Below are positions 41,495 to 51,995 of a DNA stretch of 64,000 bases, in pieces (the stretch's first letter is position 1; each line of letters starts with the position of its first letter). The stretch lies in IMG/VR virus record IMGVR_UViG_3300045988_176357, positions 128,001 to 192,000 of that record. One strand, given 5' to 3'. The stretch comes from a virus. The notes under the pieces are model-generated. The model worked only from the letters and a program-made list of their open reading frames with translations. It was not told where the DNA came from and did not search any database. The position numbers were made by a program, and so were the translations under genes.

Positions 41495-43065
41495 AGGACT
41501 CCTTGGCGCGTGAGCGCCATTGAACAAGAAAGTGAATTGCTGGAACACCTTAACGGGTCATGCCGAAGGCAATCAGCAGCCGAGCTTATGGATGCCCAGA
41601 CCGGGCGCCGTGAGAAGGTTCATCGACTATCCCGGAAGGGAGTACCCGAGCAGCCATGTGACCGGCAGGTCACGAAAGCAAGGGGAAGCACTCTGGCTCA
41701 GGAATGAGTCAATGATATAGTCAGTGCGCTTATGGAAACATAAGGAGTGGTCAGGAGTGACAACCTGAAACCTGCTACTGGGCGGCAACCGGTAGTGAAC
41801 AGAACCATGGTCTCAAAATAGCAACATTATTTTGACGTTTTGATTTTCATAAAGGTGATGTATATTATCTGTATACAATAAGGAGCGCCATGTACAGAGC
41901 CCATAAGATACGCATAGATTGCACAAAAGAGCAGCACAGTCTGTTAATGCAGACTGCAGGCTGCGCTCGTTATGCGTACAACTGGGGACTCGAGAAGTGG
42001 GGCAAGCAGTACGAAGCCTGGAAGGCTGATAGCAGCTTGGAGGAACCCAACTGGGTTAACATATCCAGACAGTGGACACAAGAGAAACCTGAATGGGCAA
42101 ACAAGACAGCACGCAGTGCTGTTACCTGCTCACTGCGTAATCTCGGCACCGCCTTCAAGAACTTCTCAAGGCGCAAAGCAAAGTACCCGAAGAGGCATAA
42201 GAGGTCTCAAGGAATCTCCTTCCAGCTTGGAAACGATACCTGCAGTATCGAAGGCAACCGCATCAGGCTGCCTATCATAGACTACGTAAAGCTCCGTGAG
42301 ACTCCACGATTCCAAGGCAAGATAACAGGCTACACAGTGCAGCTCATCGCTTCCCACTGGTACGTGACAGTCGCCTTCGACTGTCCAGACGTCCCCAAAG
42401 AAGCTCCAGAGTCCGTCGTCGGTATCGACGTAGGACTCCAGCACCCGGCTGTAGCCTCCGATGGAACAGTACTCCAGCTCCCTCTTGAGAAACTACAGAA
42501 GCTCGAAGCCAAACGGCGCAGAGCTCAGCGAGCCCTTTCAAGGAGCAAACGCAATTCCAATGCGCGAGAGCGCAAGCGTGATAGACTCCAACGTATACAG
42601 CAGAGGATCACCAACATCCGACAGGATGCAGTTCACAAGTTTACGACTGCAGTGTGCAAAAACCACGCCACTGTAGTCACCGAAGATCTGGACATAAACG
42701 AGCTCAAAGACAAGGCCCCCGCACGTTCAGTGCGCAGAGCCTACAACAGCTCCCTTATGGGACTCATTTTGTTCCAGATCTCGTACAAGGCGGTGCACCA
42801 CGTAAAGGCACCCAAGTTCTTCCCGAGCACCAAGAGATGCTCAACTTGTGGACACATTAAGGAGGCCATGCCTCCGCAAATCAGAACATACCATTGCGAC
42901 CACTGCGGAGCCCATCTCGACAGAGATGAGAACGCAGCTCGCAACTTGATGTTGCAACCGTGGGTCACACGGTAAGAGGCGCGGTGATGGTACAGGCAGC
43001 GTCAGCTGCAGGTACCAGATGATCCGCGAAGACAGTCCGGTGCAACGCCGGATGAGATCATGACA
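41495..43065 (+). mobile_element. IStron C: group I intron (41495-~41830) + tnpB family 2 + 3' tail ...gatgagatcatgaca
   Basis: 5' module shared with D. Ribozyme core shared with pol intron 1 and the nrdD intron. Begins 9 nt after a TGA stop. Confidence 0.7.
41890..42975 (+). CDS. tnpB: TnpB family 2 (361 aa), intact
   Basis: MYRAHKIRIDCTKEQH...; C-term CSTCGH...YHCDHCGAHLDRDENAARNL. Confidence 0.8.
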   Translation: MYRAHKIRIDCTKEQHSLLMQTAGCARYAYNWGLEKWGKQYEAWKADSSLEEPNWVNISRQWTQEKPEWANKTARSAVTCSLRNLGTAFKNFSRRKAKYPKRHKRSQGISFQLGNDTCSIEGNRIRLPIIDYVKLRETPRFQGKITGYTVQLIASHWYVTVAFDCPDVPKEAPESVVGIDVGLQHPAVASDGTVLQLPLEKLQKLEAKRRRAQRALSRSKRNSNARERKRDRLQRIQQRITNIRQDAVHKFTTAVCKNHATVVTEDLDINELKDKAPARSVRRAYNSSLMGLILFQISYKAVHHVKAPKFFPSTKRCSTCGHIKEAMPPQIRTYHCDHCGAHLDRDENAARNLMLQPWVTR

Positions 43066-43198
43066 GTGACTGGGTATATGCAGGCGGCATGATCGCTGCA
43101 AGTATAACAGGCATCGGCAAGCATAAGCCTAAGGTACTGTACACCAGAGGTATGGACTTCTTCCGTAACTGGTGCGCCGCAAAACAGTGGAGTATCCA

Positions 43199-43813
43199 AT
43201 GCTGCTGACAGAGTTGTTCGATACATGGGGAACCAAGCCTCTGCTGATGACGACTGCGACCAACGGCTTGACACCCGGCAAAGACAAGCTGCTTGGGGTC
43301 TGTGTCAAGGACCCTGAGTTCAGCTCAGGTGACAGGCTGCTGCTCAACTACACAACAGGCGTAGAACTTCAGCAGTCGTCGAAGTTTCATGGCATCAGTC
43401 AGCAGGACATGCAGAGCGCAGGCTTGCAGGAAGCCCAGTTCAAAGACGAGTTGGACAAGCTGCTATCAGAGAACAGCGTCGCGGTACTCACTTATAATGT
43501 ACCTTTCCAGAGCAGCTTCTTAGGCGAATGTCTTCCGGAACTGGAAAGCTTGCCCCTCTATGACCTGACGATCATCGAGAAGGCAATCAGAAACGCCTAT
43601 GCCTTCGACACTGAAGAGCTGGCGACGTTCAGCTCTTTCTACGCTGCCTGCTGCCACGCGGCTATGCCTGTACCTCTGGCTACACTGTGCAGGAATCTGA
43701 AGATGACTCGACAGCCTCCGCCAGGACAGCTTCCAATGGAACGGATGCTGGACGTTTTGCAAGCGCTTTACAACGTAGCTTGCCTTGAAGATATTTCTGT
43801 GCTTCCGAGTTGA
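43199..43813 (+). CDS. Hypothetical protein
   Basis: Preceded by a coupled 41-codon ORF (43079-43204) that lies directly after the IStron C 3' end. Confidence 0.4.
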   Translation: MLLTELFDTWGTKPLLMTTATNGLTPGKDKLLGVCVKDPEFSSGDRLLLNYTTGVELQQSSKFHGISQQDMQSAGLQEAQFKDELDKLLSENSVAVLTYNVPFQSSFLGECLPELESLPLYDLTIIEKAIRNAYAFDTEELATFSSFYAACCHAAMPVPLATLCRNLKMTRQPPPGQLPMERMLDVLQALYNVACLEDISVLPS

Positions 43814-44412
43814 AGCTGGGAGTGACGAATCCTGTACCCAAAGCAGTCATCTATATCTGCACCTGGGTACAGGGCTTAATGACAGGTGTGCAGGTCTAAT
43901 CGATTTGCAGCATGCTGTCCTGTTTGTCAAAATTAACCCACAGGAATGTCTATCCCACCGGACAATACAGAAGTACGAATCCCTAGCAGGCATCAAGCAA
44001 CAGTGATTTGTCCGTGGCCTGATCAGCCGGTTTGACAAATTTGGTTTGAACCTACACGATGCAGCCGGACTTGGAAACTGTGCAGTTAGTCTGTGGTGCA
44101 GGTGTCACATAGTTGACCGATAACTGTACCATAGTCTAAGAGACAGAGGATACCTGCTATTCGGGATACAGAGGGTATGAAGCTATCATCCCTTTAGTCG
44201 TTACTTCCTGCTTCTGTACGTGCGCAGCCTTATACTTGCTCAAGTCTATGCCGGATGAGACTGCGCCATCTTTAATTGAATACAATTTATGATACTACAT
44301 AGGAGCTCCTATTGTGTTGGATACATCTATCAGACCTCCGGATAAATGGAGGGCAGCAGCAATACCAAAGAAAGACGGATCGTTCAAAATATACTACATA
44401 TTAGGTATACGT
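43814..44412 (+). ncRNA. Candidate structured non-coding RNA region (~600 nt, no ORF) upstream of the IStron D / reverse transcriptase locus
   Basis: Perfect 10-bp inverted repeat cctgtaccca...tgggtacagg at 43829-43871. gcatgc and caaatttg palindromes. No ORF longer than 60 codons on either strand. Confidence 0.35.
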
Positions 44413-45983
44413 AAAGGACGCCTTGGCGCGTGAGCGCCATTGAACAAGAAAGTGAATTGCTGGGACACCTTAACGGGTAATGCCGAAGGCAATCAGCAGC
44501 CGAGCTTATGGATGCCCAGACCGGGCGCCATGAGAAGGTTCATCGACTATCCCATATGGGAGTACCCGAGCAGCCTGGCTGCGACAGCAGCGAAAGCAAG
44601 GGGAAGCACTCTGGCTCAGGAATGAGTCAATGATATAGTCAGTGCGCTTATGGAAACATAAGGAGTGGTCAGGAGTGACAACCTGAAACCTGCTACTGGG
44701 CGGCAACCGGTAGTGAACAGAACCATGGTCTCAAAATAGCAACATTATTTTGACGTTTTGATTTTCATAAAGGTGATGTATATTATCTGTATACAATAAG
44801 GAGCGCCATGTACAGAGCCCATAAGATACGCATAGATTGCACAAAAGAGCAGCACAGTCTGTTAATGCAGACTGCAGGCTGCGCTCGTTATGCGTACAAT
44901 TGGGGTCTCGAGAGGTGGGGCAAGATGTACGAAGCCTGGAAGGCTGACAACAGCTTGGAGAAACCCAACTGGAAAAACATATCCAGACAGTGGACACAAG
45001 AGAAACCTGAATGGGCGAACAAGACGACACGCAGTGCTGTCACTTGCTCACTAAGCAATCTCGGTACTGCCTTCAAGAACTTCATAAGGCGCAAAGCAAA
45101 GTACCCGAAGAAGCACAAGAGGTCCCAAGGAATCTCATTCCAGCTTGGAAACGATACCTGCAGTATCGAAGGCAACCGCATCAGGCTGCCTATCATAGAC
45201 TACGTAAAGCTCAGAGAGCTTCCGCGCTTCCAAGGCAAAATCACAGGCTACACAGTTCAGTACATAGCTTCCCACTGGTACGTGATAGTCGCCTTCGACT
45301 GTCCAGACGTCCCCAAAGAAGCGCCAGAGTCCGTCGTCGGTATCGACGTAGGACTCCAGCAACCAGCTGTAGCCTCAGATGGAACCAAGCTAGAGCTACC
45401 CATAGAGAAGCTCCAGAAGCTCGAAGCCAAACGACGCAGAGCTCAGCGAGCCCTTAGCAGGAGCAAGAGGAATTCCAATGCGCGAGAGCGCAAACGGGCC
45501 AAGCTTCAACGTATACAACAGAAGATCATCAACATCCGTCAGGATGCAGTTCACAAGTTTACGACTGCAGTGTGCAAAAACCACGCAACTGTAGTCACCG
45601 AAGATCTGAACATAAACGAGCTCAAAGACAAGGCCCCCGCACGTTCAGTGCGCAGAGCCTACAACAGCTCCCTTATGGGACTCATTTTGTTCCAGATCTC
45701 GTACAAGGCGGTGCACCACGTAAAGGCACCCAAGTTCTTCCCGAGCACCAAGAGATGCTCAACTTGTGGACACATTAAGGAGGCCATGCCTCCGCAAATC
45801 AGAACATACCATTGCGACCACTGCGGAGCCCATCTCGACAGAGATGAGAACGCAGCTCGCAACTTAATGTTGCAACCGTGGGTCACACGGTAAGATGCGC
45901 GGTGATGGTGCTTGTGACATTCGTCACGAGCTCCAGACGATCCGCGAAGACAATCCGGTGCAACGCCGGATGAGATCATGACA
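44413..45983 (+). mobile_element. IStron D: group I intron + tnpB family 2 + 3' tail
   Basis: ~95% identical to IStron C throughout. Inserted between the non-coding region and the reverse-transcriptase gene. Confidence 0.7.
44808..45893 (+). CDS. tnpB: TnpB family 2 (361 aa), intact
   Basis: Near-identical to 41890-42975. Confidence 0.8.
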   Translation: MYRAHKIRIDCTKEQHSLLMQTAGCARYAYNWGLERWGKMYEAWKADNSLEKPNWKNISRQWTQEKPEWANKTTRSAVTCSLSNLGTAFKNFIRRKAKYPKKHKRSQGISFQLGNDTCSIEGNRIRLPIIDYVKLRELPRFQGKITGYTVQYIASHWYVIVAFDCPDVPKEAPESVVGIDVGLQQPAVASDGTKLELPIEKLQKLEAKRRRAQRALSRSKRNSNARERKRAKLQRIQQKIINIRQDAVHKFTTAVCKNHATVVTEDLNINELKDKAPARSVRRAYNSSLMGLILFQISYKAVHHVKAPKFFPSTKRCSTCGHIKEAMPPQIRTYHCDHCGAHLDRDENAARNLMLQPWVTR

Positions 45984-45994
45984 GAAGGTACCTG

Positions 45995-46843
45995 TTGATA
46001 CCTAACGACGAACTGAAACAAAGACAAAGAGAAATCCTCGACTACCTGTACAAGGCGCATCTGAGAGTGCACGAGGCTGCTGTCGGCTTCATGCCGAACA
46101 AGTGTACTCTCAACGGCTGCTTGCAGCATGCTGCCGATGCACAGGTAATTATCAACCTTGATGTACATGATTTCTTCCCCAGCTTTCCTGTAGATAAAGT
46201 CAGGTCAGTGTTGACAGCCCAGCTAGGCGCGGCAGTTGCAGACTACATTGTCGATATAGCAACTTTTAAAGGTAAGCATAGACAGCAGTTGCCTCAAGGT
46301 GCGCCGACTAGCCCGTATCTTACCAACATTGCACTTTACAAGTTCGATTGCAATATGGCGGCAAATGCGAAACGCAGAGGATTCACGTATACGCGATATG
46401 CGGATGACATCACATTGGCGAGCAGCAGCGAGATGCGTGTCAACTACATCAAGACTCTGATTCACGGAACTGAAAGAAGGTTGCGTGCGCTCGGTCTTAC
46501 GCTGTCCAGGAAGAAAACAAATGTCATATTCAGGAACAGTCCGCGTGTTCCGAGACGCATAACAGGGGTAACTGTTCGTAAGGATGGATTCGGATTCAAT
46601 GCACCTATCGGCTTGCGCAAGCAGGCTCGGGCAATGATACACAACCTGTACACAGCACTTAAGAGCGGTGTGCCTGCACAGGAACTTGTACCTGAATATC
46701 GCAGTGCAATGGGTACTGTGCAGTATTGCGACTTTATTCGCAGTGCCAGTATTGTTCCTGAATGTGCAACAGCCGACCCGGCTATAAAAACACATGAACT
46801 CGAATATGTAAAGGGGGTCTTCCGTGCCTATAGACATTATTGA
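45995..46843 (+). CDS. Compact reverse transcriptase (282 aa), retron-like
   Basis: HEAAVGFMPNKCT (motif 1), IINLDVHDFFPSF (motif 2), QGAPTSPYLTNIAL (motif 4), YTRYADDITL (motif 5, YADD), LGLTLSRKKT (motif 7), RRITGVTV (retron-type VTG). Confidence 0.7.
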   Translation: MIPNDELKQRQREILDYLYKAHLRVHEAAVGFMPNKCTLNGCLQHAADAQVIINLDVHDFFPSFPVDKVRSVLTAQLGAAVADYIVDIATFKGKHRQQLPQGAPTSPYLTNIALYKFDCNMAANAKRRGFTYTRYADDITLASSSEMRVNYIKTLIHGTERRLRALGLTLSRKKTNVIFRNSPRVPRRITGVTVRKDGFGFNAPIGLRKQARAMIHNLYTALKSGVPAQELVPEYRSAMGTVQYCDFIRSASIVPECATADPAIKTHELEYVKGVFRAYRHY

Positions 46844-47744
46844 TGGCAATACATCACAATCAGAAATACGCGTTGGCGAAATCTTCAAAGAGTATGGCAA
46901 TGTAGCTATAAACTTTAATGTCAGCGGCTACCGGACTATGTCGCTTGACGAGTTCAGGAAGGACGTGCTGCCGTCTTTACAGCCAGCAAAGTGCAGCCAG
47001 GCTATGTCGTATTATGTAATACGCGACTTGTCGCACAAAACCTGCTATTGTCTTCTTCCTGACTGTGTCGAAGAATTCCGTGTCTCATCCTGGTATGAGA
47101 TCACAACAGACAAGGTGAGAGAAAAGCTCCTGCAGGAAGCCGGACCAAGTGCAGAGACGGAAATTGTCTTTGACTTGCCTGTGCCTTTGCTCAAGTATCG
47201 GTACAATGAGACCTCATGGACCGCGATCGTAAAGATCCCGCATACTAAATTCATGTACAGGTCGACATTGCTGGCAGAATGCATTGGCGACGGCATTCTC
47301 ATCAACTTGCCTCCGTGTATCTTCAAAGTCAAAGCCAACAACAATGACGTAGTCCAGCAAGTCGCAGTATATGTCATTAAAGCAGACAGTGTTGTTTTTG
47401 ACAACATCAAACTGGCACATTTGCCTTTACCGAACATATACAACGATGGCAGCGTGTGCATGGGCAGCACACGCATTGAGGATCAGGCTAGCATTAAGTC
47501 AAAGGGGCAGTTGGTGATGGCTGTATGGGATTTGTTCATCAACTCTAACTGGAACTTGGATCTGCTGACATCAAGTATATTGCCGGACAACTTGATCGAC
47601 GTGTATGAGTCATTGCCAGTACATGCAGTAGATACAGGGTGCAGCGCCGGACGTGTTTTGTCCTTGCTGCAGTTGCTGGATTGTCTGCACGACGATACCG
47701 CTTACCTTAATTTGAACTGGGCAGGTCTATATGTTCACGTCTGA
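46824..47744 (+). CDS. Hypothetical protein coupled to the reverse transcriptase (candidate effector)
   Basis: 20-nt overlap with the reverse-transcriptase gene. No motif recognised. Confidence 0.45.
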   Translation: MPIDIIDGNTSQSEIRVGEIFKEYGNVAINFNVSGYRTMSLDEFRKDVLPSLQPAKCSQAMSYYVIRDLSHKTCYCLLPDCVEEFRVSSWYEITTDKVREKLLQEAGPSAETEIVFDLPVPLLKYRYNETSWTAIVKIPHTKFMYRSTLLAECIGDGILINLPPCIFKVKANNNDVVQQVAVYVIKADSVVFDNIKLAHLPLPNIYNDGSVCMGSTRIEDQASIKSKGQLVMAVWDLFINSNWNLDLLTSSILPDNLIDVYESLPVHAVDTGCSAGRVLSLLQLLDCLHDDTAYLNLNWAGLYVHV

Positions 47745-47985
47745 TCTGTTTGCACGCGCTCCCGAAGCTGCGTTTAGGCAAAGGGCAATGAAGCCGATCA
47801 GACAGCGCCCACTTAAGTACATCATCCTGTCCGGTACAGAGATTGATGGAACCATGAGCGGTACCTTGATACGTAGCTTAGTCGTGCTCCAATTACGCTC
47901 GAAAAGATCAAAGGACGTTATGCGTGCTGTGCTGGAAGTACCAGTCAACGATGACGGCCTTAACATTAAAACACTTGAAAACTGA
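47731..47985 (+). CDS. Hypothetical small protein
   Basis: Coupled ORF. Confidence 0.35.
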   Translation: MFTSDLFARAPEAAFRQRAMKPIRQRPLKYIILSGTEIDGTMSGTLIRSLVVLQLRSKRSKDVMRAVLEVPVNDDGLNIKTLEN

Positions 47986-47996
47986 AAGGAAAAACG

Positions 47997-48413
47997 ATGG
48001 TAAAAATCTACACTAAAGGGCACGATACTGTGCATCATCCTTCGCATTATGCAACACAGGCACTCCCATGTCACATAGAGTGTCAGGATATCAGGCGGCA
48101 TTTACCGCAGGCGGTTGCGGACGCTTTCAAGTATGTATGGCGTTCCGGCTCAAAGGGCACACCTAAAGATGCAGAGACAGACATCAGGAAAGCCGTCTGG
48201 TATCTTGACGATTTCTTTGAGCACTTTACAGTCAGTCAGTTCGACTTCACAACAGCAAAAGCTGTATTCGATCTGGTTGCCCTGGTATCACAGGAGACAT
48301 GGCGAGCAGAGGCATTGACATACCTTGTACATGGCAAAGTCAATGAGGCACGTGAAGTTCTTGTGAAATATCTTGATGAGAAGGAGAAAGTTTATGCGCA
48401 GCAAAGTGTTTGA
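47997..48413 (+). CDS. Hypothetical protein (possible divergent E2-like: HPS...C)
   Basis: HHPSHYATQALPC near the N-terminus. Very tentative. Confidence 0.3.
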   Translation: MVKIYTKGHDTVHHPSHYATQALPCHIECQDIRRHLPQAVADAFKYVWRSGSKGTPKDAETDIRKAVWYLDDFFEHFTVSQFDFTTAKAVFDLVALVSQETWRAEALTYLVHGKVNEAREVLVKYLDEKEKVYAQQSV

Positions 48414-49314
48414 AACCGGCGGGTACATTTACATCGACAGCCCCAACGCAAAGGGCTGGCATCAATGCGAACCGGAAGAGTTCTTTGCCAACCAGCGTCC
48501 ATACGATACAGAGCTCAACAAGGATCTGCTGAAGTGGACAGGCGCCAAAGTCGGAAAGGATCTGCTGCTGCAGGTAGCGGCACTGGCAAACTGTTTTCCC
48601 AGAATGGAAATCATGGTCTGCCTGTATTACAGCAGCGCAGAACAGAAGTGGCTGGCGAATGTACCTAAGCAGAAGGGTTCCGGTGCGCACGTCAAGTACG
48701 ATGATGAGGATTTTGCGCCGCCGAAAGGCTACGAGTTCCTCGGCACCATACACACTCATCCTGAAATGTCGGCTTTCTGGTCATGTGTCGATCGCAATGA
48801 TCAGAACCGTAAGAACGGGTTGCATCTTGTACTCGGTCTGAGAAACGGAAAGATCAACGAGGTCCTGTGCAGCCTGTTCTACAACGGTAAGCAGTACGAT
48901 CAGCCTGATGCGTATGAGCTGCCTGCAGCGGATGACCCGCTGCCTGAAGTCAATGAGGACTGGAAAGCGAAAGTGACCATACAGGAGCTTGCAGAACCTA
49001 AACTGAATATCATAAAGGACACTGACGCATTTCTCGAACCCAGATGGTTGCCTGATGCAGATGGCAGGTATAAGTTCAGTTACGACAGTGACAGCATCAG
49101 TCCATGCCTGTCAGACACAGCCAGTTACTTCGATGTTCTGCACGCTGCAGTCAAGCTCAATGAGCAACAGATGTATGATCTTTGTGGCCAACTGCTCGAG
49201 ATACTTGGTCAACAAGAACTGGCCGACGAAGTTGATGTAGCAGCCTTTGATGCAGCTCTTGGAGATGAAGATGATACATGTTGTGAGGCACGGTATGATC
49301 AGGAATCCACTTAA
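48394..49314 (+). CDS. JAB/JAMM (MPN+) metallopeptidase
   Basis: HTHPEMSAFWSCVD matches HxHx7Sx2D exactly. Confidence 0.7.
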   Translation: MRSKVFETGGYIYIDSPNAKGWHQCEPEEFFANQRPYDTELNKDLLKWTGAKVGKDLLLQVAALANCFPRMEIMVCLYYSSAEQKWLANVPKQKGSGAHVKYDDEDFAPPKGYEFLGTIHTHPEMSAFWSCVDRNDQNRKNGLHLVLGLRNGKINEVLCSLFYNGKQYDQPDAYELPAADDPLPEVNEDWKAKVTIQELAEPKLNIIKDTDAFLEPRWLPDADGRYKFSYDSDSISPCLSDTASYFDVLHAAVKLNEQQMYDLCGQLLEILGQQELADEVDVAAFDAALGDEDDTCCEARYDQEST

Positions 49315-50200
49315 TGTCGTAGTGATTGGGTGCGGAGGTATCGGCGGCTATCTTTGTCGACTGCTTCCACAGACAATGGCATGCCTGTATGTCGATTCCC
49401 TGGGTGCCGACCAGGCTCAGCAGCTCATGCAGTCGGAAGGGATGTCTGATGACGTGCGAGCTTCAGGCGCAGTCTTCAGCTCCCTTACCCTTATAGATGG
49501 CGACACGTTCTCAGGACATAACGCACTTAGGCAGGAAGGAACGGCTGGCAGCAAGCTGGCAACTGTCATGTCTATGATACGCAGCACAGACGCCTTCAGT
49601 ACCTGGCTCAACGCCACGGAACTTGTCGGGTATAACAACTACATCACGCCCAGGAACATACATAAAATCTTAGATCCCTTGTATAACGTCGTCATATTCC
49701 TGTGTGTCGACAACCATAAAACAAGGTACGAAGTGACCAGATGGGCAGTGGATCAGAAAACACAGAATATCCTGATCATTAACGGCGGCAATAAGAAAAC
49801 AGCCGGGAATGTCACGGTATTCCAGAATAACGCAGGCAAGCTTCTCGATCCCCCTATCTACAAGCTGTATCCTGAAGTGACGGACAAGTTTGATCGTCGT
49901 CCCGACGAGATAGACTGCGGCTCAGTGTCGGTAACCAACGACCAGACAGCAGTGACCAACAATATGATAGCATCTATAATGCTCGCCATGTTCAGCAAGT
50001 ATGTTCGCACAGGGGGCTTCGACCAGAAAACCAGACATAAAGATGCCAATGGAAACAACATTGTAGTCAGGAAAAATGAAGTCGTAGTCGACTTCGAAAC
50101 CATGACTATGCAATCGTTCGCACATTCACCGGACACAGACAATACGCCTTTGCAGTCGGCACTCGAGGGAGTTCCGGAAGGCGAGACAGAAATCATATAA
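49247..50200 (+). CDS. E1-like ThiF/MoeB-family adenylyltransferase
   Basis: NVVVIGCGGIGGYL Rossmann loop, followed by LIDGDTF. Confidence 0.65.
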   Translation: MMQLLEMKMIHVVRHGMIRNPLNVVVIGCGGIGGYLCRLLPQTMACLYVDSLGADQAQQLMQSEGMSDDVRASGAVFSSLTLIDGDTFSGHNALRQEGTAGSKLATVMSMIRSTDAFSTWLNATELVGYNNYITPRNIHKILDPLYNVVIFLCVDNHKTRYEVTRWAVDQKTQNILIINGGNKKTAGNVTVFQNNAGKLLDPPIYKLYPEVTDKFDRRPDEIDCGSVSVTNDQTAVTNNMIASIMLAMFSKYVRTGGFDQKTRHKDANGNNIVVRKNEVVVDFETMTMQSFAHSPDTDNTPLQSALEGVPEGETEII

Positions 50201-50214
50201 GAAAGGAAACACAA

Positions 50215-50535
50215 ATGCACAAACTCACAATCAACGGATCCACCTCCACCCAGATCAAACTCGGACGTTACACCACAGTGCTCAATCTCAGGAAGGCCCT
50301 GCAGGAAGTAGGGTACAACGTTAAAGGCAAGGCGTGCCTTATCAAGCAGACGCACAGCAGCATGCCCGCCAGAGCCAGAGACAATTACGTCATCCAGTAC
50401 GGAGACGAGATCGAGTTTACCAACGTGCCGCCCAAGATCGGAGCCAGAAAAGAGCGTGGTTCAGGAACCACTGTCACTGTAGGACGCAACACATTCACGT
50501 TCAATGACGGCGTTCTCATCATCTGCAGCCTGTGA
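50215..50535 (+). CDS. Small beta-grasp (ThiS/MoaD/ubiquitin-like) protein with C-terminal extension
   Basis: MHKLTINGSTSTQIKLG...YVIQYGDEIEF resembles the ThiS ...DGDEIEI pattern. Extension PPKIGARKERGSG... follows. Confidence 0.4.
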   Translation: MHKLTINGSTSTQIKLGRYTTVLNLRKALQEVGYNVKGKACLIKQTHSSMPARARDNYVIQYGDEIEFTNVPPKIGARKERGSGTTVTVGRNTFTFNDGVLIICSL

Positions 50536-50573
50536 TTACAACTAACAAACTATAATACGAAAGGAAAACACAT

Positions 50574-51995
50574 ATGATCATCATTGCAACTGCTAACAAC
50601 AACGAAAACCTCAACAACATCAGGATCAACCTTGACAACAGCATCTCTCTCGGTCAGCTTCTCGACAGAGATGATGTTCGTGCATTCTTCCACAATGCCA
50701 GCAAAGAGAGCATTCTGGCAAGCCTCGTTACCATTGACGGACTCGATGCCTATGCCATTACGAATGCGAGCTCTCTGACTGTTGACAATACTATGGAATT
50801 GCAGTTCGACATCTACGGCAGAGCACCGGAGACCGCACATACAGCTGCTGCTTCCGCCGGGTTCGTCACAATTACTCAGGGCGGAGGTTTCAACAGCAAG
50901 CGTGTGCCTATTGTGTCAGATACGACAAGAGCAGGGGATGTGCTTACACAGGATGTGGCCAATTTCTTCGCCACAACTGTGGATACTCTGCACAATATGC
51001 GTATTCTTATCAATGATGTCGAGGCGGAAACAACAGCTGTACTGCACGACGGCGACGCGATTACTCTCATGTCCAGAAAGTGCGGCGACAAGGGGGCATG
51101 TGTACCCATTCTTGCAATTACGCATACTGACGGATCTGTGACGAGACATGCAGTCCTTGCAGGTTCCAGGCTCAAGGAATGTCTCTCCAGGATTGTTCCC
51201 GGTGCGGTAGTGCTGTCTATCGACGGTACAGCGGTACCCATGAACTTCTATGATGCTATTGTAGAAGGCAAGCTGGTTGACAAGGACATGCAAGTGACTG
51301 TCAACGATAACAAGAAGTGCACGGTGCATTGCTGCGCCAATGACGGCAGTGATCCGGTCGACATGATCCTGGATGATGGCAGTTCTGTGATGGACCTGCT
51401 TACCAAAGTACAGGACAAGTTTGAAAACGCTGAGATCTATGTCTTTGACGTGGACGGCGATCTGGTACCGGAAGCTTTCGCCGATACCATCCTGACTAAT
51501 ACACTTGTCGTTGATGGTATGTATGTAACTTTCAGTTCGCTGCGTGAGATGCCTGTTGTACATGGCTATATGAACATGGAAGACGACAGCGAAGAAGATG
51601 AAGAAGATGAAGAAGATGGTGCTGAGTATGCAGATGACGAGCAGGTACTTGAAGGTCCTGCAGAAGATGCTGTAGGCGCCGTAACAGTCGTTCTTCCCGG
51701 GGGCTTCAGCACCTCTCAGGTCGCAATCAGGAACAATGTGACGAAGCTTCGTGATGTTGTTCTCAGCGCACGTATTCTGAATATGTCTGCGATGAACGAA
51801 AGCCAGGCGCAGACTCTCGTATACACAGTGAACGATGTCGAGAGCAATCTCGATGATACTCTGAGCATCGGTGATGTGATCCGGATGTCTGCACGTAAAG
51901 CAGGCGACAAAGGAAGTGCATTGAAAGTTACTGTCAAGCTGATGGATGCCACCGAATTCCGGTATGACGTGGAGCCGGGGACAAGGCTCGAGGCT
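50574..51995 (+). CDS. Multi-domain protein with repeated beta-grasp-like units, exon 1
   Basis: Repeated blocks ...VNDVE..T..LHDGDAITLMSRKCGDKGA / ...VNDVESNLDDTLSIGDVIRMSARKAGDKGSA and ~70-aa ...DLLTKVQDKFENAEIYVFDVDGDLVPE...VVDGMYVTF units. Acidic EDEEDEED linker. Confidence 0.5.

Noticed and set aside
43199-47744. Diversity-generating retroelement (RT with TR/VR)
   Set aside because: No ~100-nt template/variable repeat pair is visible near the reverse-transcriptase gene or at the 3' end of neighbouring genes. The RT has a retron-like VTG motif and is very short.
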